Origin: an uncultured bacterium
GTDB taxonomy: Bacteria; Patescibacteriota; Minisyncoccia; Phycocordibacterales; UBA6065
DNA: 64,000 nt
NCBI GenBank assembly: GCA_966243015.1
Contig: CBIMES010000002.1
Location: 117,458 to 181,457, forward strand
Direction: 5' to 3'
Position 1 is the stretch's first letter; each line of letters begins with the position of its first letter. This document shows positions 45,351 to 54,090 of this stretch, one piece after another. The notes under the pieces are model-generated. The model saw nothing but the letters and a program-made list of their open reading frames with translations. It searched no databases and had not been told where the DNA came from. The translations under genes and the position numbers were made by a program.

Positions 45351-46586
45351 ATGTTGAGAACCATACAGCAGTACGTCTCTATCCTCATCCTTTTTGCCTG
45401 CTCAAGCATGATACTGAAGGCGGCCTTTGATTACTGTCTGCCGATTCTCATGTTGGGCGAGAACGCCGCTGCGGTGTATTTCGTGGACAACAAGACAGCC
45501 TCTGATCTCAAGAACACCTACGCCTCCGCATCGACGACTGAGGGTCGTTTGAGGATTTTCATCATGCCGGGACACGAGCCGGGTTTTGGCGGCGCTGAAT
45601 ACCGTGTGCTGAGGGAGCGCGACATGAATGTGGCCCTTGCCCAGTATCTTGCTGACTATTTGTACGCGCAGGGGAAGTATGACGTGATTGTCGGTCGCGA
45701 CGGTTCGTCCTGGCTACCCGAGCTCGATGCATATTTCGAGGCTCACGAGGACGAGATTATCGCATGGAAGGAGAGTCAGGAGGATATCACGGACAGCCTG
45801 ATCGAGGGCGGTCATTTCGAGGTGGACGCAAATCCTGTTCCTCACATGTCGGTTAAAAGTGACGTCGCCATGCGACTCTATGGCATCAACAAGTGGATAG
45901 GGGAGAACGATTTCGATCTCGCGGTCCACGTCCACTTCAATGACTATGGGTCGCGACGTCGAGGTCAGCCCGGCGAATTCGCGGGCTTCGCCATTTATGT
46001 CCCCGATGGGCAGTATTCAAACGCGAAGGCGGCCCATGACGTGGCCGAGTCGCTTCGCGGAAGGCTCGATGACATCGTTGCTCCGAGCAGCGCCCCTCGC
46101 GAGAAGGGAGGGATCGTCGAGGATCAGAACCTCATTGCCCTCGGCAGCAACAATACCGCTGACGCCCCGAGCATCCTCATTGAGTACGGGTATATCTACG
46201 AGCCGCAGTTCCAGGACAAGAAGACGAGCGATCTCCTCATGAGGGAGTACGCGTATCAGACATTCCTCGGCATAGAGGACTTCTTCAGGGTGGGACAGAG
46301 GGATCTCGCCTACAGGACGAGCGTTCTGCCGTATCGCTGGGATTCAAACGTGCCTCGCTCGACCGTCGCGAGCGCCGACGTTCTTGGCCTGCAGTTCACG
46401 CTCCTCGCGGGCGGCATGTATCCTCCCGCGGGCAAGGATCTTTCCTCGTGCCCACTTTCCGGTGTTTTTGGGCCGTGTACCGTTTCGGCCCTCGCTGATT
46501 TTCAGAGGAAAAACGACATAGAAGGTGACGGAACCTTTCTCGGCCCCCGAACCAGGGAGTTACTGAACGCTCTCTTTAGAGAGTAG
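45351..46586 (+). CDS. N-acetylmuramoyl-L-alanine amidase (Amidase_3) with a C-terminal peptidoglycan-binding domain
   Basis: N-terminal TM/signal. …IMPGHEPGFGGAE…NVAL…DLAVHVHFND… are Zn-ligand motifs of Amidase_3. The C-terminal …ALADFQRKNDIEGDGTFLGPRTRELL is PG_binding_1-like. Confidence 0.75.
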   Translation: MLRTIQQYVSILILFACSSMILKAAFDYCLPILMLGENAAAVYFVDNKTASDLKNTYASASTTEGRLRIFIMPGHEPGFGGAEYRVLRERDMNVALAQYLADYLYAQGKYDVIVGRDGSSWLPELDAYFEAHEDEIIAWKESQEDITDSLIEGGHFEVDANPVPHMSVKSDVAMRLYGINKWIGENDFDLAVHVHFNDYGSRRRGQPGEFAGFAIYVPDGQYSNAKAAHDVAESLRGRLDDIVAPSSAPREKGGIVEDQNLIALGSNNTADAPSILIEYGYIYEPQFQDKKTSDLLMREYAYQTFLGIEDFFRVGQRDLAYRTSVLPYRWDSNVPRSTVASADVLGLQFTLLAGGMYPPAGKDLSSCPLSGVFGPCTVSALADFQRKNDIEGDGTFLGPRTRELLNALFRE

Positions 46587-47840
46587 CTTTCGGAGTTCCT
46601 CGCGCGAAACCTCGGCGTCGCTCCACGGAATTTTGGTGTTGTTTGCTCCCATGATGTACGGGTCAGTGCCTTTGCCCGTTATAAGGACAGCGTCGCCGGT
46701 ATTTGCCTTGGAAAGCGCGAGGGCGATCGCCCCACGACGATCCATAACGATGTGAGGCTTAGCCTCAGGCATCGCGTCGGCCATGTCCTTTACGATTTGA
46801 TGAGGGTCGTCGTCGTAGGGGTCCTCGTTGGTGAGGATTATCTCGTCGCACGACTTCGCGGCGATCTGCGCCATCTCATCTCGCTTCCACACGTCTCGTC
46901 CGCCGCCCGTGTTGCCGAGCACGCATATCCTGCGCGACCTCTGGAACACGTCGTATAGCTTCTGGAGGGAGTCGGGTGTGTGCGCATAGTCCACGATCAC
47001 CTCGAAGTCCTGGCCCTCGTCGATCTTCTCGACGCGGCCGCGGATGCCGGTGAACTTCTCGATGGCCTTGCGCGAGGTCTCGATGTCGACTCCCTGCGTC
47101 TCGGCTGCGGTGATTGCCGCAAGCACGTTGTAGACGTTGAACTCGCCCGAGAGGTGAGAGTGGATGAGCTTGTGTCGGACAGTGATGTCGAATCCTTCCT
47201 TGAACACGTTGTACGGCTTGGCGTCGTCGAGAGAGTAGGGGCGCCTGTCGGTAAAGCCCTTTGTCAGGAATTTCTCTGCCTGAGCGTCGTCGCTGTTTGC
47301 GATGATGAAGGTCTTCGGTTTCTTTGACTTGACTACGGCGTCGGCGATGGAGAGTTTCGCGTTCACATAGTTCTCGAACGAGCCGTGCGCCTCGATATGT
47401 TCGGGCGCGATGTTGGTGAAGACAAGAGCGTCAAAGTCGATGAACTTGTGTCGGCTGAGAATCGCACCCTGCGAGGTCGCCTCAAGGACAACGTGGGTGC
47501 ACCCAGCCTTTACCGCTTTCGCGAGGAACCTCTGTACGAAAAAACGTCCGGGCATCGACATCTTATAGAGATTGTCCGTGGACTCGTCGCCGACCTTGAA
47601 GCGAATGGTGTTTGAAAGCGCAGTCTTGAGACCTGCCTCCTCGAGAATGGCGTTGGTGATTTCGGTGACGGATGTCTTGCCCTTGGTTCCCGTCACGCCG
47701 ATGACCGTGAGCTTGCGGGAAGGAAAGCCGTAGCGAGCCGCGCCCATGAGGGCCATCGTCCAGTGGTACTTCGGCTGGATGAAGCGGAAGACTGGGGCGG
47801 GAACAAGCTTGCGGAGGGAGTGGAGGGTTTGGTCGATCAT
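46560..47840 (-). CDS. murE: Mur ligase family protein, most like MurE (UDP-MurNAc-tripeptide synthetase), N-terminally shortened
   Basis: P-loop VIGVTGTKGKTS, …DYAHTPDSL…, and the C-terminal Mur ligase domain. 426 aa is shorter than typical MurE. Confidence 0.7.
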   Translation of the reverse strand: MIDQTLHSLRKLVPAPVFRFIQPKYHWTMALMGAARYGFPSRKLTVIGVTGTKGKTSVTEITNAILEEAGLKTALSNTIRFKVGDESTDNLYKMSMPGRFFVQRFLAKAVKAGCTHVVLEATSQGAILSRHKFIDFDALVFTNIAPEHIEAHGSFENYVNAKLSIADAVVKSKKPKTFIIANSDDAQAEKFLTKGFTDRRPYSLDDAKPYNVFKEGFDITVRHKLIHSHLSGEFNVYNVLAAITAAETQGVDIETSRKAIEKFTGIRGRVEKIDEGQDFEVIVDYAHTPDSLQKLYDVFQRSRRICVLGNTGGGRDVWKRDEMAQIAAKSCDEIILTNEDPYDDDPHQIVKDMADAMPEAKPHIVMDRRGAIALALSKANTGDAVLITGKGTDPYIMGANNTKIPWSDAEVSREELRKLLSKESVQ

Positions 47841-47849
47841 AAAAATGTT

Positions 47850-48419
47850 TTATTTTCCTAAAACCTTGAGGGCCTTCTTCACGCGCTCTCCCGTATCCGT
47901 AATCGAAGGGTCGATATCCTTGAGCGCCTCGCGCGCCTCGTTGTGCTTATAGCCGAGGGCCTTGAGCGCCTCGAGTGCGTCTACCTCGTCGCGGAGGGTG
48001 ATGCTCTGGGCCGCCTCGGCCGCAAACTTGCCCTTGAGCTCGAGAACGATTTTCTCGGCGACCTTCTTGCCGATGCCCGACACCTTGGTGAGGTGGGAGG
48101 TGTCACCGGTCGATACCGCGGTGCGAATGGCCTTTACCGACGATACGTTGAGGATGCCGAGGGCGGTCTTGGGACCGATGCCCGACACCGACGAGATGAG
48201 AAGTTCGAAGAAATAGAGCTCCTCCTTGTCGATGAAGCCGTAGAGGGTGTGGGCGTCCTCGCGCACGGCGAGGTGGGTCCAGAGCGAGGCCTCGGCGTTT
48301 TCCTTGAGGTGGTCGAGGGTCTGACTGGTGCAGAATGCCTTGTATCCGACGCCGCTTACGTCGATGACGGCCGAGCGCTCCTCCTTGTCTATAACTGTGC
48401 CTCTCAGGTGGGTAATCAT
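47850..48419 (-). CDS. ruvA: Holliday junction DNA helicase subunit RuvA
   Basis: N-terminal OB domain MITHLRGTV…, two HhH motifs (…ISSVSGIGPKTALGIL…, …LTKVSGIGKKVAEKIVLELK), and the C-terminal RuvB-interaction domain. Start chosen at MITHLRG (189 aa). The track ORF is extended to 48509. Confidence 0.85.
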   Translation of the reverse strand: MITHLRGTVIDKEERSAVIDVSGVGYKAFCTSQTLDHLKENAEASLWTHLAVREDAHTLYGFIDKEELYFFELLISSVSGIGPKTALGILNVSSVKAIRTAVSTGDTSHLTKVSGIGKKVAEKIVLELKGKFAAEAAQSITLRDEVDALEALKALGYKHNEAREALKDIDPSITDTGERVKKALKVLGK

Positions 48420-48502
48420 GGCCCAAGTATAGCAGGGGAAGGGGATAAAACGCATCTGGCGCTTGCTTTTTCCGTTGTTCGCTGTTAAAGTAATCGCCAC
48501 AT

Positions 48503-48766
48503 ATGCCAATCACATCTTCAGCAAAAAAGGCCCTTCGATCGTCAAAGCGCAAGCGCGTGTACAACGTACGCCGACGCGACGCGGTCTCTGAGGTCACCAA
48601 GCAGATCAAGAAGCTCGCCGTCTCAGGCAAGAAGGCCGAGGCAAACAAGCTCCTCGCCCAGGCCTACAAGCAGCTCGACAAGTCAGCGAAGGCCGGCTTC
48701 ATCAAGAAGAACACCGCCGCTCGAAACAAGTCGCGACTCTCTGCCCTCATCAAGAAGGTAAAGTAA
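48503..48766 (+). CDS. rpsT: 30S ribosomal protein S20
   Basis: MPITSSAKKALRSSKRKRVYNVRRR… is the S20 signature. 87 aa. Terminator at 48774-48805. Confidence 0.9.
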   Translation: MPITSSAKKALRSSKRKRVYNVRRRDAVSEVTKQIKKLAVSGKKAEANKLLAQAYKQLDKSAKAGFIKKNTAARNKSRLSALIKKVK

Positions 48767-48773
48767 TCAAAAG

Positions 48774-48805
48774 AAAAACCGCCCTGCAGGGCGGTTTTTC
48801 TTTTT
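48774..48805 (+). terminator. Rho-independent terminator after rpsT
   Basis: AAACCGCCC-tgca-GGGCGGTTTTTCTTTTT. Confidence 0.8.
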
Positions 48806-48846
48806 CCTCGTTTACTTTTCCTGAATTTCCTGTAAGTTAATAGCAC

Positions 48847-48921
48847 GCTCTCGTCGTTCAATGGATAGGATTCAACTTTGCGGAAGTTGCGATGTAGGTT
48901 CGATTCCTACCGAGAGCACCA
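48847..48921 (+). tRNA. tRNA-Arg with apparent anticodon GCG (unusual; CCA encoded)
   Basis: Acceptor GCTCTCG/CGAGAGC, D-arm GTTC-AATGGATA-GGAT, anticodon stem CAACT/AGTTG with loop TTGCGGA, T-arm GTAGG-TTCGATT-CCTAC, then ACCA. Confidence 0.7.
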
Positions 48922-48926
48922 TACGA

Positions 48927-48952
48927 AAAGCGCCCCTTAGGGCGCTTTTCGT
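48927..48952. terminator. Bidirectional terminator
   Basis: AAAGCGCCC-ctta-GGGCGCTTT-TCGTTT. Confidence 0.75.
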
Positions 48953-49411
48953 TTAGAGACCGAGTCTGTCCAGAATAACCTGGAAGGGGCTTTCCTCGTA
49001 GGGTTCCGCCTTGAGCTTTGTATCGAGAAATTCTCCGAGCTCCTTTATGTCATCGTGCTCTACCGCGATGATGATGTAGGGCATGATCATCTTCTGGGAC
49101 ACGAGAATGAGTCGGGCTCCTTCACGGTGCTCCTCGTCAATCCAGAATGACTTGAGTGTCTTGAAAGGGTAGAGAACGTTGCCGACGCGCACGCCTTTTT
49201 CGCCGATGTCGACGTTTACAATGTTCGGCTTGCGCGCGGCGAAGAGCGCGATGACGAACGCTCCGATGACGATGACGATGGCGAAGAGGACGTTGCCGAA
49301 AATGATCGACGTGATTGCTGCCGCGACCGCAACGATGCCGAGCACCCAGAACCAGTCCTGGGTCTTCTCCCTGTGGGCGTATTCGTGAGTGTGCCAAGAA
49401 AACTCTTTCAT
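48953..49411 (-). CDS. Hypothetical small membrane protein (2 TM)
   Basis: WFWVLGIVAVAAAITSIIFGNVLFAIVIVIGAFVIALFAA forms a hydrophobic hairpin, with a soluble C-terminal domain. 152 aa. Confidence 0.5.
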   Translation of the reverse strand: MKEFSWHTHEYAHREKTQDWFWVLGIVAVAAAITSIIFGNVLFAIVIVIGAFVIALFAARKPNIVNVDIGEKGVRVGNVLYPFKTLKSFWIDEEHREGARLILVSQKMIMPYIIIAVEHDDIKELGEFLDTKLKAEPYEESPFQVILDRLGL

Positions 49412-49478
49412 TGCCTCAGTATAGCACCGATGCCTCGCGGCTTGCTATTATTCGATTTCACTATATATTTGTAGGCAC

Positions 49479-49565
49479 GGAGGAGTGCCTGAGTGGTTTA
49501 AAGGAACAGTCTTGAAAACTGTCGTATCCGAAAGGGTACCGTGAGTTCGAATCTCACCTCCTCCG
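49479..49565 (+). tRNA. tRNA-Ser (anticodon TGA), class II with a long variable arm
   Basis: Acceptor GGAGGAG/CTCCTCC, anticodon loop CTTGAAA, variable arm CGTATCCGAAAGGGTACC, T-arm GTGAG-TTCGAAT-CTCAC, discriminator G. Confidence 0.9.
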
Positions 49566-49623
49566 CAGCCAAGAATCCGCCCGCAAGGGCGCGATTTCAT
49601 TTCGGTCATCCTGTTTTAATCCT

Positions 49624-50331
49624 ATGGAACGCATCGATCGCATACTCTCAAATCTCGGATACTGCACGCGCAAGGAAGCTCGTGACATTCTTCGCGCGGG
49701 TGTCGTCACGGTGAACGGGGAAGAGGTCTCGGACCCGGGGGCGCGCGTCCGCGCCGCCGACGTTCTCTTTGACGGCGAGCCACTTGATCACGCAGACGGC
49801 ATCCTCATCGCCTTCAACAAGCCTATCGGCGTTGTCTGCTCAAAGAGCGCGAACGAGGGCCCGACTGTCTACGAGTATCTGCCAGAGCAGTGGCTTCGAA
49901 GGAATCCCGAAGTGTCGACCGTTGGTCGCCTCGACAAGGATACGAGCGGTCTTGTACTTATCACTGATCAGGGCGTTCTCTCGCACAGGCTGGCGTCACC
50001 CAAGACGCACGTGCCGAAGGTCTATCGCGTTTACGTCGATCGCGATCTCTCGCCGGAACTCGTGGGCCTGTTCGCCGCGGGCAATCTCTTGCTTGAGGGG
50101 GAGGGGGAGCCGTGCGCTCCCGCGGAGCTCAAAATCGTCGGCCCGAGGGAGGCAGAGCTCACTCTCTACGAGGGACGTAACCGCCAGATTCGTCGCATGT
50201 TCGCGAGTCAGGGATACATGGTGACGTCGCTTCGTCGCGAGAAGATCGGCGGGCTTGAGCTCGGTGACCTCGAGGAGGGGAAGTGGCTTGAGCTGCCCCT
50301 CGACCTTTTCGGCGCTTTCCAGTCAAAGTAA
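49624..50331 (+). CDS. rsuA: 16S rRNA pseudouridine synthase (RsuA family; S4 domain + PseudoU_synth_2)
   Basis: N-terminal S4 domain (MERIDRILSNLGYCTRKEARDIL…). Catalytic …VGRLDKDTSGLVLIT…. …NRQIRRMF…. Confidence 0.85.
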   Translation: MERIDRILSNLGYCTRKEARDILRAGVVTVNGEEVSDPGARVRAADVLFDGEPLDHADGILIAFNKPIGVVCSKSANEGPTVYEYLPEQWLRRNPEVSTVGRLDKDTSGLVLITDQGVLSHRLASPKTHVPKVYRVYVDRDLSPELVGLFAAGNLLLEGEGEPCAPAELKIVGPREAELTLYEGRNRQIRRMFASQGYMVTSLRREKIGGLELGDLEEGKWLELPLDLFGAFQSK

Positions 50332-50349
50332 CGGTGTTATCATAAAAGT

Positions 50350-50739
50350 ATGACCACATACCGCCTCATGGCCCTCGACTATGGCACCAAGCGCATCGGC
50401 GTGGCGCTTTCCGACGATCAGGGCATGATGGCCTTTCCGCACTCTGTCATTCATCGAACCAAAGAGTATGTGGCCGAGATCGCAAGGCTCGCCCGTGAGA
50501 ACGGGGTGACAACCATCGTGATGGGGGACTCGAAAGACTATGCCGGCGTTCGTAATCCAATCATGAAGGAGGCGCTGGAGTGCGTCGACGCGCTCAGGGC
50601 CCTCGGCTTTGAGGTTGTGCTTGAGCCGGAAATACTCTCGTCCCACCAGGCGTCTCACTTTCAGGGCAAGACCGACATGACTGACGCGGCGGCGGCGAGC
50701 ATCATTTTGCAGAGCTATATCGACAGAAAAAAGAACTAA
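50350..50739 (+). CDS. ruvX: Putative pre-16S rRNA nuclease YqgF/RuvX
   Basis: LMALDYGTKRIGVALSDD… RNase H-like N-terminus. 129 aa. Confidence 0.85.
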   Translation: MTTYRLMALDYGTKRIGVALSDDQGMMAFPHSVIHRTKEYVAEIARLARENGVTTIVMGDSKDYAGVRNPIMKEALECVDALRALGFEVVLEPEILSSHQASHFQGKTDMTDAAAASIILQSYIDRKKN

Positions 50740-50754
50740 CATACAACCAATCAT

Positions 50755-51159
50755 ATGATTACCTACGACGATTTTTCGAAGGTTGAGATAAAGGTGGGAA
50801 AGATCCTCTCCGCGGAGAAGGTGCCTGAGACCGACAAACTTCTCAAGCTGTCGGTCGATTTCGGCATTGTCGCAGCCGCCCCCGTTGCTACCGTTCAGGT
50901 GGAAGGGGAGCCCGTCGCCCACATCGAGATGCAGGAGCTCAAGAAGGACGTCCGTCAGATTGTTTCGGGCATCTCTGCGTTTTTTCCAGATCCGCAGACG
51001 CTTGTCGGCAGGAAGTGCATGTTCGTGACAAATCTCGAGCCTCGCAAGATCAAGGGTCTTGAGTCGAACGGCATGCTCTTCGCCGTCTCGACCCCTGAGG
51101 GCAAGTTCTCTCTTCTCGAGCCGCATTCTGAAATTCCTGAGGGCACTCGAGCGTACTAG
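50755..51159 (+). CDS. csaA: tRNA-binding protein (CsaA/Myf/EMAP-like OB-fold domain)
   Basis: …FSKVEIKVGKILSAEKVPETDKLLKLSVDFG… …RKIKGLESNGMLFAVS… matches the MetG C-terminal-like tRNA-binding domain. Confidence 0.75.
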   Translation: MITYDDFSKVEIKVGKILSAEKVPETDKLLKLSVDFGIVAAAPVATVQVEGEPVAHIEMQELKKDVRQIVSGISAFFPDPQTLVGRKCMFVTNLEPRKIKGLESNGMLFAVSTPEGKFSLLEPHSEIPEGTRAY

Positions 51160-51163
51160 TTAC

Positions 51164-51802
51164 ATGCCTGAATTCCTTGATCCTAAATTTCTCATACAGA
51201 CCGTAGGGCTCATCGGCGTCATCTCCATTGTGTTCGCGGAGTCTGGTCTCTTCTTCGGATTCTTCCTGCCGGGCGACTCTCTGCTCTTCACCGCGGGACT
51301 GTTTGCGTCACAGGGGTACTTCAATATCGTCTGGCTCACCATCGGGACTATCGTCGCCGCGATTCTCGGAGACAGTGTTGGTTACGCGTTTGGCCGCAGG
51401 GTAGGGCCGGCGCTTTTTTCAAAGGAGGACTCGTTCTTCTTCCACAAGAAGCACATCGACCGCGCGAGCGCTTTCTATGCCAAGTACGGCGTGAAGACCA
51501 TCATGCTCGCGCGTTTCGTGCCAATCGTGAGGACCTTTGCCCCTATCGTCGCGGGCATCGGTCAGATGAGCTATCGCACGTTCCTCACCTATAACGTTAT
51601 CGGAGGAATCGTCTGGGCGGGTTCGATGACGCTTGGCGGGTACTTCCTCGGCGAGCTCATCCCGAACTCCGAGAAGTATCTCCACTACATCATCGCCGGC
51701 ATCATCATCGTCTCCTTCATTCCTATCATCATCGAATGGCTCAAGGCTCGAAAGGAGAGGAAGAGCGCGGCGGAGAAGGTGAGTGACGGCGGACTGCTTT
51801 AG
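51164..51802 (+). CDS. dedA: DedA-family (VTT/SNARE-associated) membrane protein
   Basis: …GLFFGFFLPGDSLLFTAGLFA… …ARFVPIVRTFAPIVAGIGQM… is the DedA signature. Start chosen at MPEFLDP. The track ORF is extended to 51059 and overlaps csaA. Confidence 0.8.
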   Translation: MPEFLDPKFLIQTVGLIGVISIVFAESGLFFGFFLPGDSLLFTAGLFASQGYFNIVWLTIGTIVAAILGDSVGYAFGRRVGPALFSKEDSFFFHKKHIDRASAFYAKYGVKTIMLARFVPIVRTFAPIVAGIGQMSYRTFLTYNVIGGIVWAGSMTLGGYFLGELIPNSEKYLHYIIAGIIIVSFIPIIIEWLKARKERKSAAEKVSDGGLL

Positions 51803-51841
51803 AATCGGTCCCTACGGGACCAGTACGGGTTTTTCTTTTTG

Positions 51842-51913
51842 TGCCCTCGGTAGGAATCGAACCTACATAACCGGCTTAGAAGTCCGGTGTTCTATCCATT
51901 GAACTACAAGGGC
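51842..51913 (-). tRNA. tRNA-Arg (anticodon TCT)
   Basis: Reverse complement: GCCCTTG-TA-GTTC-AATGGATA-GAAC-A-CCGGA-CTTCTAA-GCCGG-TTAT-GTAGG-TTCGATT-CCTAC-CGAGGGC-A. One A:G mismatch sits at the base of the anticodon stem. Confidence 0.8.
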
Positions 51914-51959
51914 AACGGGCACTGAAGAGAATAGCAGGAAAGGGGACGAGAGAGAAGTT

Positions 51960-52036
51960 TGGTGCGCCCTGAGGGATTCGAACCCCCGACCCCCTGTGTG
52001 TAAAACAGGTGCTCTAACCAACTGAGCTAAGAGCGC
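51960..52036 (-). tRNA. tRNA-Val (anticodon TAC), CCA encoded
   Basis: Reverse complement: GCGCTCT-TA-GCTC-AGTTGGTTA-GAGC-A-CCTGT-TTTACAC-ACAGG-GGGTC-GGGGG-TTCGAAT-CCCTC-AGGGCGC-A-CCA. A TTGAAA-17-TATTGT promoter-like element lies upstream on the minus strand at about 52060-52095. Confidence 0.9.
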
Positions 52037-52197
52037 TTCGTCTGGCCTCGCGGCTGACTGCGAGGATAACAATAGCCCATGTCGGCCCTTTTTTCAAGGA
52101 AAACCGGTGATTTCCGCCGTATTCTTGCTAATTTCAGGCTCGCATGTTAGATTAACTGCCACGTTAGCAACGTTTACAAATTATCAAAAATCCCCGG

Positions 52198-52632
52198 ATG
52201 GAAAGCAAAGTAACTATTTCTCCAGTCGACATGAACGCTCGCAAGGCTCTCGAGCTGCGATCGGGCGACACCGTGCGCGTATGGCAGAAGATCAAGGAGG
52301 GTGACAAGACCCGACTTCAGGCCTTCGAGGGCCTTATCCTCGCCCGAAAGCACGGCGACGAGGCCGGCGCGACGTTCACCGTCCGCAAGACTATCGACGG
52401 AGTCGGCGTAGAGAGGATCTTCCCGCTCTACTCGCCGGTCATCGACGAGATCGAGATCATCCGACGATCTAAGGTCCGACGCGCGAAGCTCTACTTCGTG
52501 CGCGAGAAGGCGGCAAAGGAGATCCGACGCCAGATGCGAAACCTCCGAAAGGAGAAGGGCGGAAACACCGACGTGGTGAAGAGCCCAAAGGCTGCCAAGG
52601 CAGAGGCTCCGGCAGAGGAGGCAAAGGCCTAA
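52198..52632 (+). CDS. rplS: 50S ribosomal protein L19
   Basis: …[31 protein letters not shown]… is the L19 signature. A Lys/Ala-rich C-terminal tail. An alternative start at MNARKAL (52231) is possible. Confidence 0.85.
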   Translation: MESKVTISPVDMNARKALELRSGDTVRVWQKIKEGDKTRLQAFEGLILARKHGDEAGATFTVRKTIDGVGVERIFPLYSPVIDEIEIIRRSKVRRAKLYFVREKAAKEIRRQMRNLRKEKGGNTDVVKSPKAAKAEAPAEEAKA

Positions 52633-52643
52633 AACTCTCACGA

Positions 52644-52676
52644 AAAAACTCCGCGAAAGCGGGGTTTTTCTTTTGC
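52644..52676 (+). terminator. Rho-independent terminator after rplS
   Basis: AAAACTCCGC-gaaa-GCGGGGTTTT-TCTTTTG. Confidence 0.8.
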
Positions 52677-52785
52677 CTCTATCGAGAATCGCGCGAAATA
52701 GTTGAAAAGTAGGGCGTCTTTATGCATAATAGGCAGACTCAGGTTGGGAAGGGCCTCGGGCACGCCGAACCAGAGATCGAAATAT

Positions 52786-52872
52786 GCGCGGATGGCGAAA
52801 TTGGCAGACGCACTACCTTGAGGTGGTAGCGCCCTCACGGGCATGGAGGTTCAAGTCCTCTTCCGCGCACCA
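52786..52872 (+). tRNA. tRNA-Leu (anticodon GAG), class II, CCA encoded
   Basis: Acceptor GCGCGGA/TCCGCGC, anticodon stem CTACC/GGTAG with loop TTGAGGT, long variable arm, T-arm GGAGG-TTCAAGT-CCTCT, ACCA. Confidence 0.9.
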
Positions 52873-52922
52873 GGAGAACGACGGACGGATGATCCGTCCG
52901 TCGTTTTTCTAAAGAAAAAGAT

Positions 52923-52994
52923 GGTGCCTATAGTTTAGTGGTAAAACGCTGGATTGTGGTCCCGGTGTCGAGGGTTCGATTCCCTCTAGGCACC
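52923..52994 (+). tRNA. tRNA-His (anticodon GTG) with encoded G-1 pairing with C73
   Basis: G-GTGCCTA…anticodon loop TTGTGGT…T-arm GAGGG-TTCGATT-CCCTC, then TAGGCAC-C. The 8-bp acceptor with G-1:C73 is the bacterial tRNA-His hallmark. Confidence 0.85.
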
Positions 52995-52999
52995 CCGAT

Positions 53000-53033
53000 G
53001 AGAAAGCCGCCCTCGTGGCGGCTTTCTCATTTG
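53000..53033 (+). terminator. Rho-independent terminator after the tRNA-Leu/His pair
   Basis: GAGAAAGCCGCC-ctcg-TGGCGGCTTTCTC-ATTTG. Confidence 0.75.
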
Positions 53034-53088
53034 CCAAACGGGATCAATTTGCTGGCGTGGTATACTTTTTGCATCAAATTTTAAATAC

Positions 53089-53862
53089 ATGGTGAATATC
53101 CAATTGCTCGAATATATTAAGCAACAGCTAGCGCTAAATACAGATAGAGAGGCAGTAAAGCGCAATTTGGTTGCTAGTGGCGGGTGGTCGATTCAAGATA
53201 TAGACCAGGCATTTTCGGCGCTTTCTTCGGGACAAAAACCTTCCAAGGTAACCTTGCTCGCTCTGGTTGTTGTCGTTGTCTTGTGCGTGGTGGGAGGAAT
53301 TTACGTATTTTTTAAAAAAGCTCCCGATGAGAAAGGGGCTTTCGTTGAGACGGTGGATTCGTCCGCCGCAGGCCCATCTCAGCCGGGTGGGGGTTATTAC
53401 CTTTACACGAATCCGGCAATACCTTATTCATTGGAGCTGCCAGAAGGTTGGGGTGTTGCAGATCGAGATTCTGAAGGAGAGTACCGAAAACAGCTGGATG
53501 TTCTCACGCCATCGGAGAGCCGCTATGTGGAATACTCAGCGACTGAACAGGCGGTCCTTCTGGCGAAAAGTTATATTCAGATATCGATAGTTACTCCCAC
53601 GGAGGACAATCGGGCGAAGATTTGGTCTATGCATACGAGCGGGGGAACCAGGATTGAAGTCGCGAATGCGTCTGAACCTGTAAGAGAGGTTATTCAATTT
53701 GATTCCCAGGGCCCTCTGGAGAATTGCACCGGGGCAGGTTACGCGATACTTACGACGAAAAGGATATATCAGATTGCCTCGTGCTCAAAAAATGAATCTG
53801 ACCGAGGTGATCTCATCGGTCATTTGAATAGGATTGTTCAGACCTTGGTCGAAAGGGAATAG
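53089..53862 (+). CDS. Hypothetical N-terminally anchored protein in a lower-GC segment next to tRNA-His
   Basis: TM helix VTLLALVVVVVLCVVGGIYVFF about 50 aa in. It is visibly more AT-rich with different codon usage than its neighbours. No family assignment. Confidence 0.45.
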   Translation: MVNIQLLEYIKQQLALNTDREAVKRNLVASGGWSIQDIDQAFSALSSGQKPSKVTLLALVVVVVLCVVGGIYVFFKKAPDEKGAFVETVDSSAAGPSQPGGGYYLYTNPAIPYSLELPEGWGVADRDSEGEYRKQLDVLTPSESRYVEYSATEQAVLLAKSYIQISIVTPTEDNRAKIWSMHTSGGTRIEVANASEPVREVIQFDSQGPLENCTGAGYAILTTKRIYQIASCSKNESDRGDLIGHLNRIVQTLVERE

Positions 53863-53963
53863 TTTGAAATGATTTTCATATCCCGGATTTTACCAAGCAG
53901 GCCGCTGATGTGACTGGCGTTTTGGAGAATGTTTATAATACTGTCCTGCCACTGACCCACGAG

Positions 53964-53990
53964 GAAAACCGCCGCAGGGCGGTTTTTCGT
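53964..53990 (+). terminator. Rho-independent terminator
   Basis: AAAACCGCC-gcag-GGCGGTTTTTCGTT. Confidence 0.75.
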
Positions 53991-54090
53991 TGGCCGAAGT
54001 GATTTCGATTCCGCGGAGACTTAGTTTCGGGTAGCGATTTGCTTTTGATTTCTCTCGGGGTAGGGTGATGGCAGAATCCCGAAACTAACC

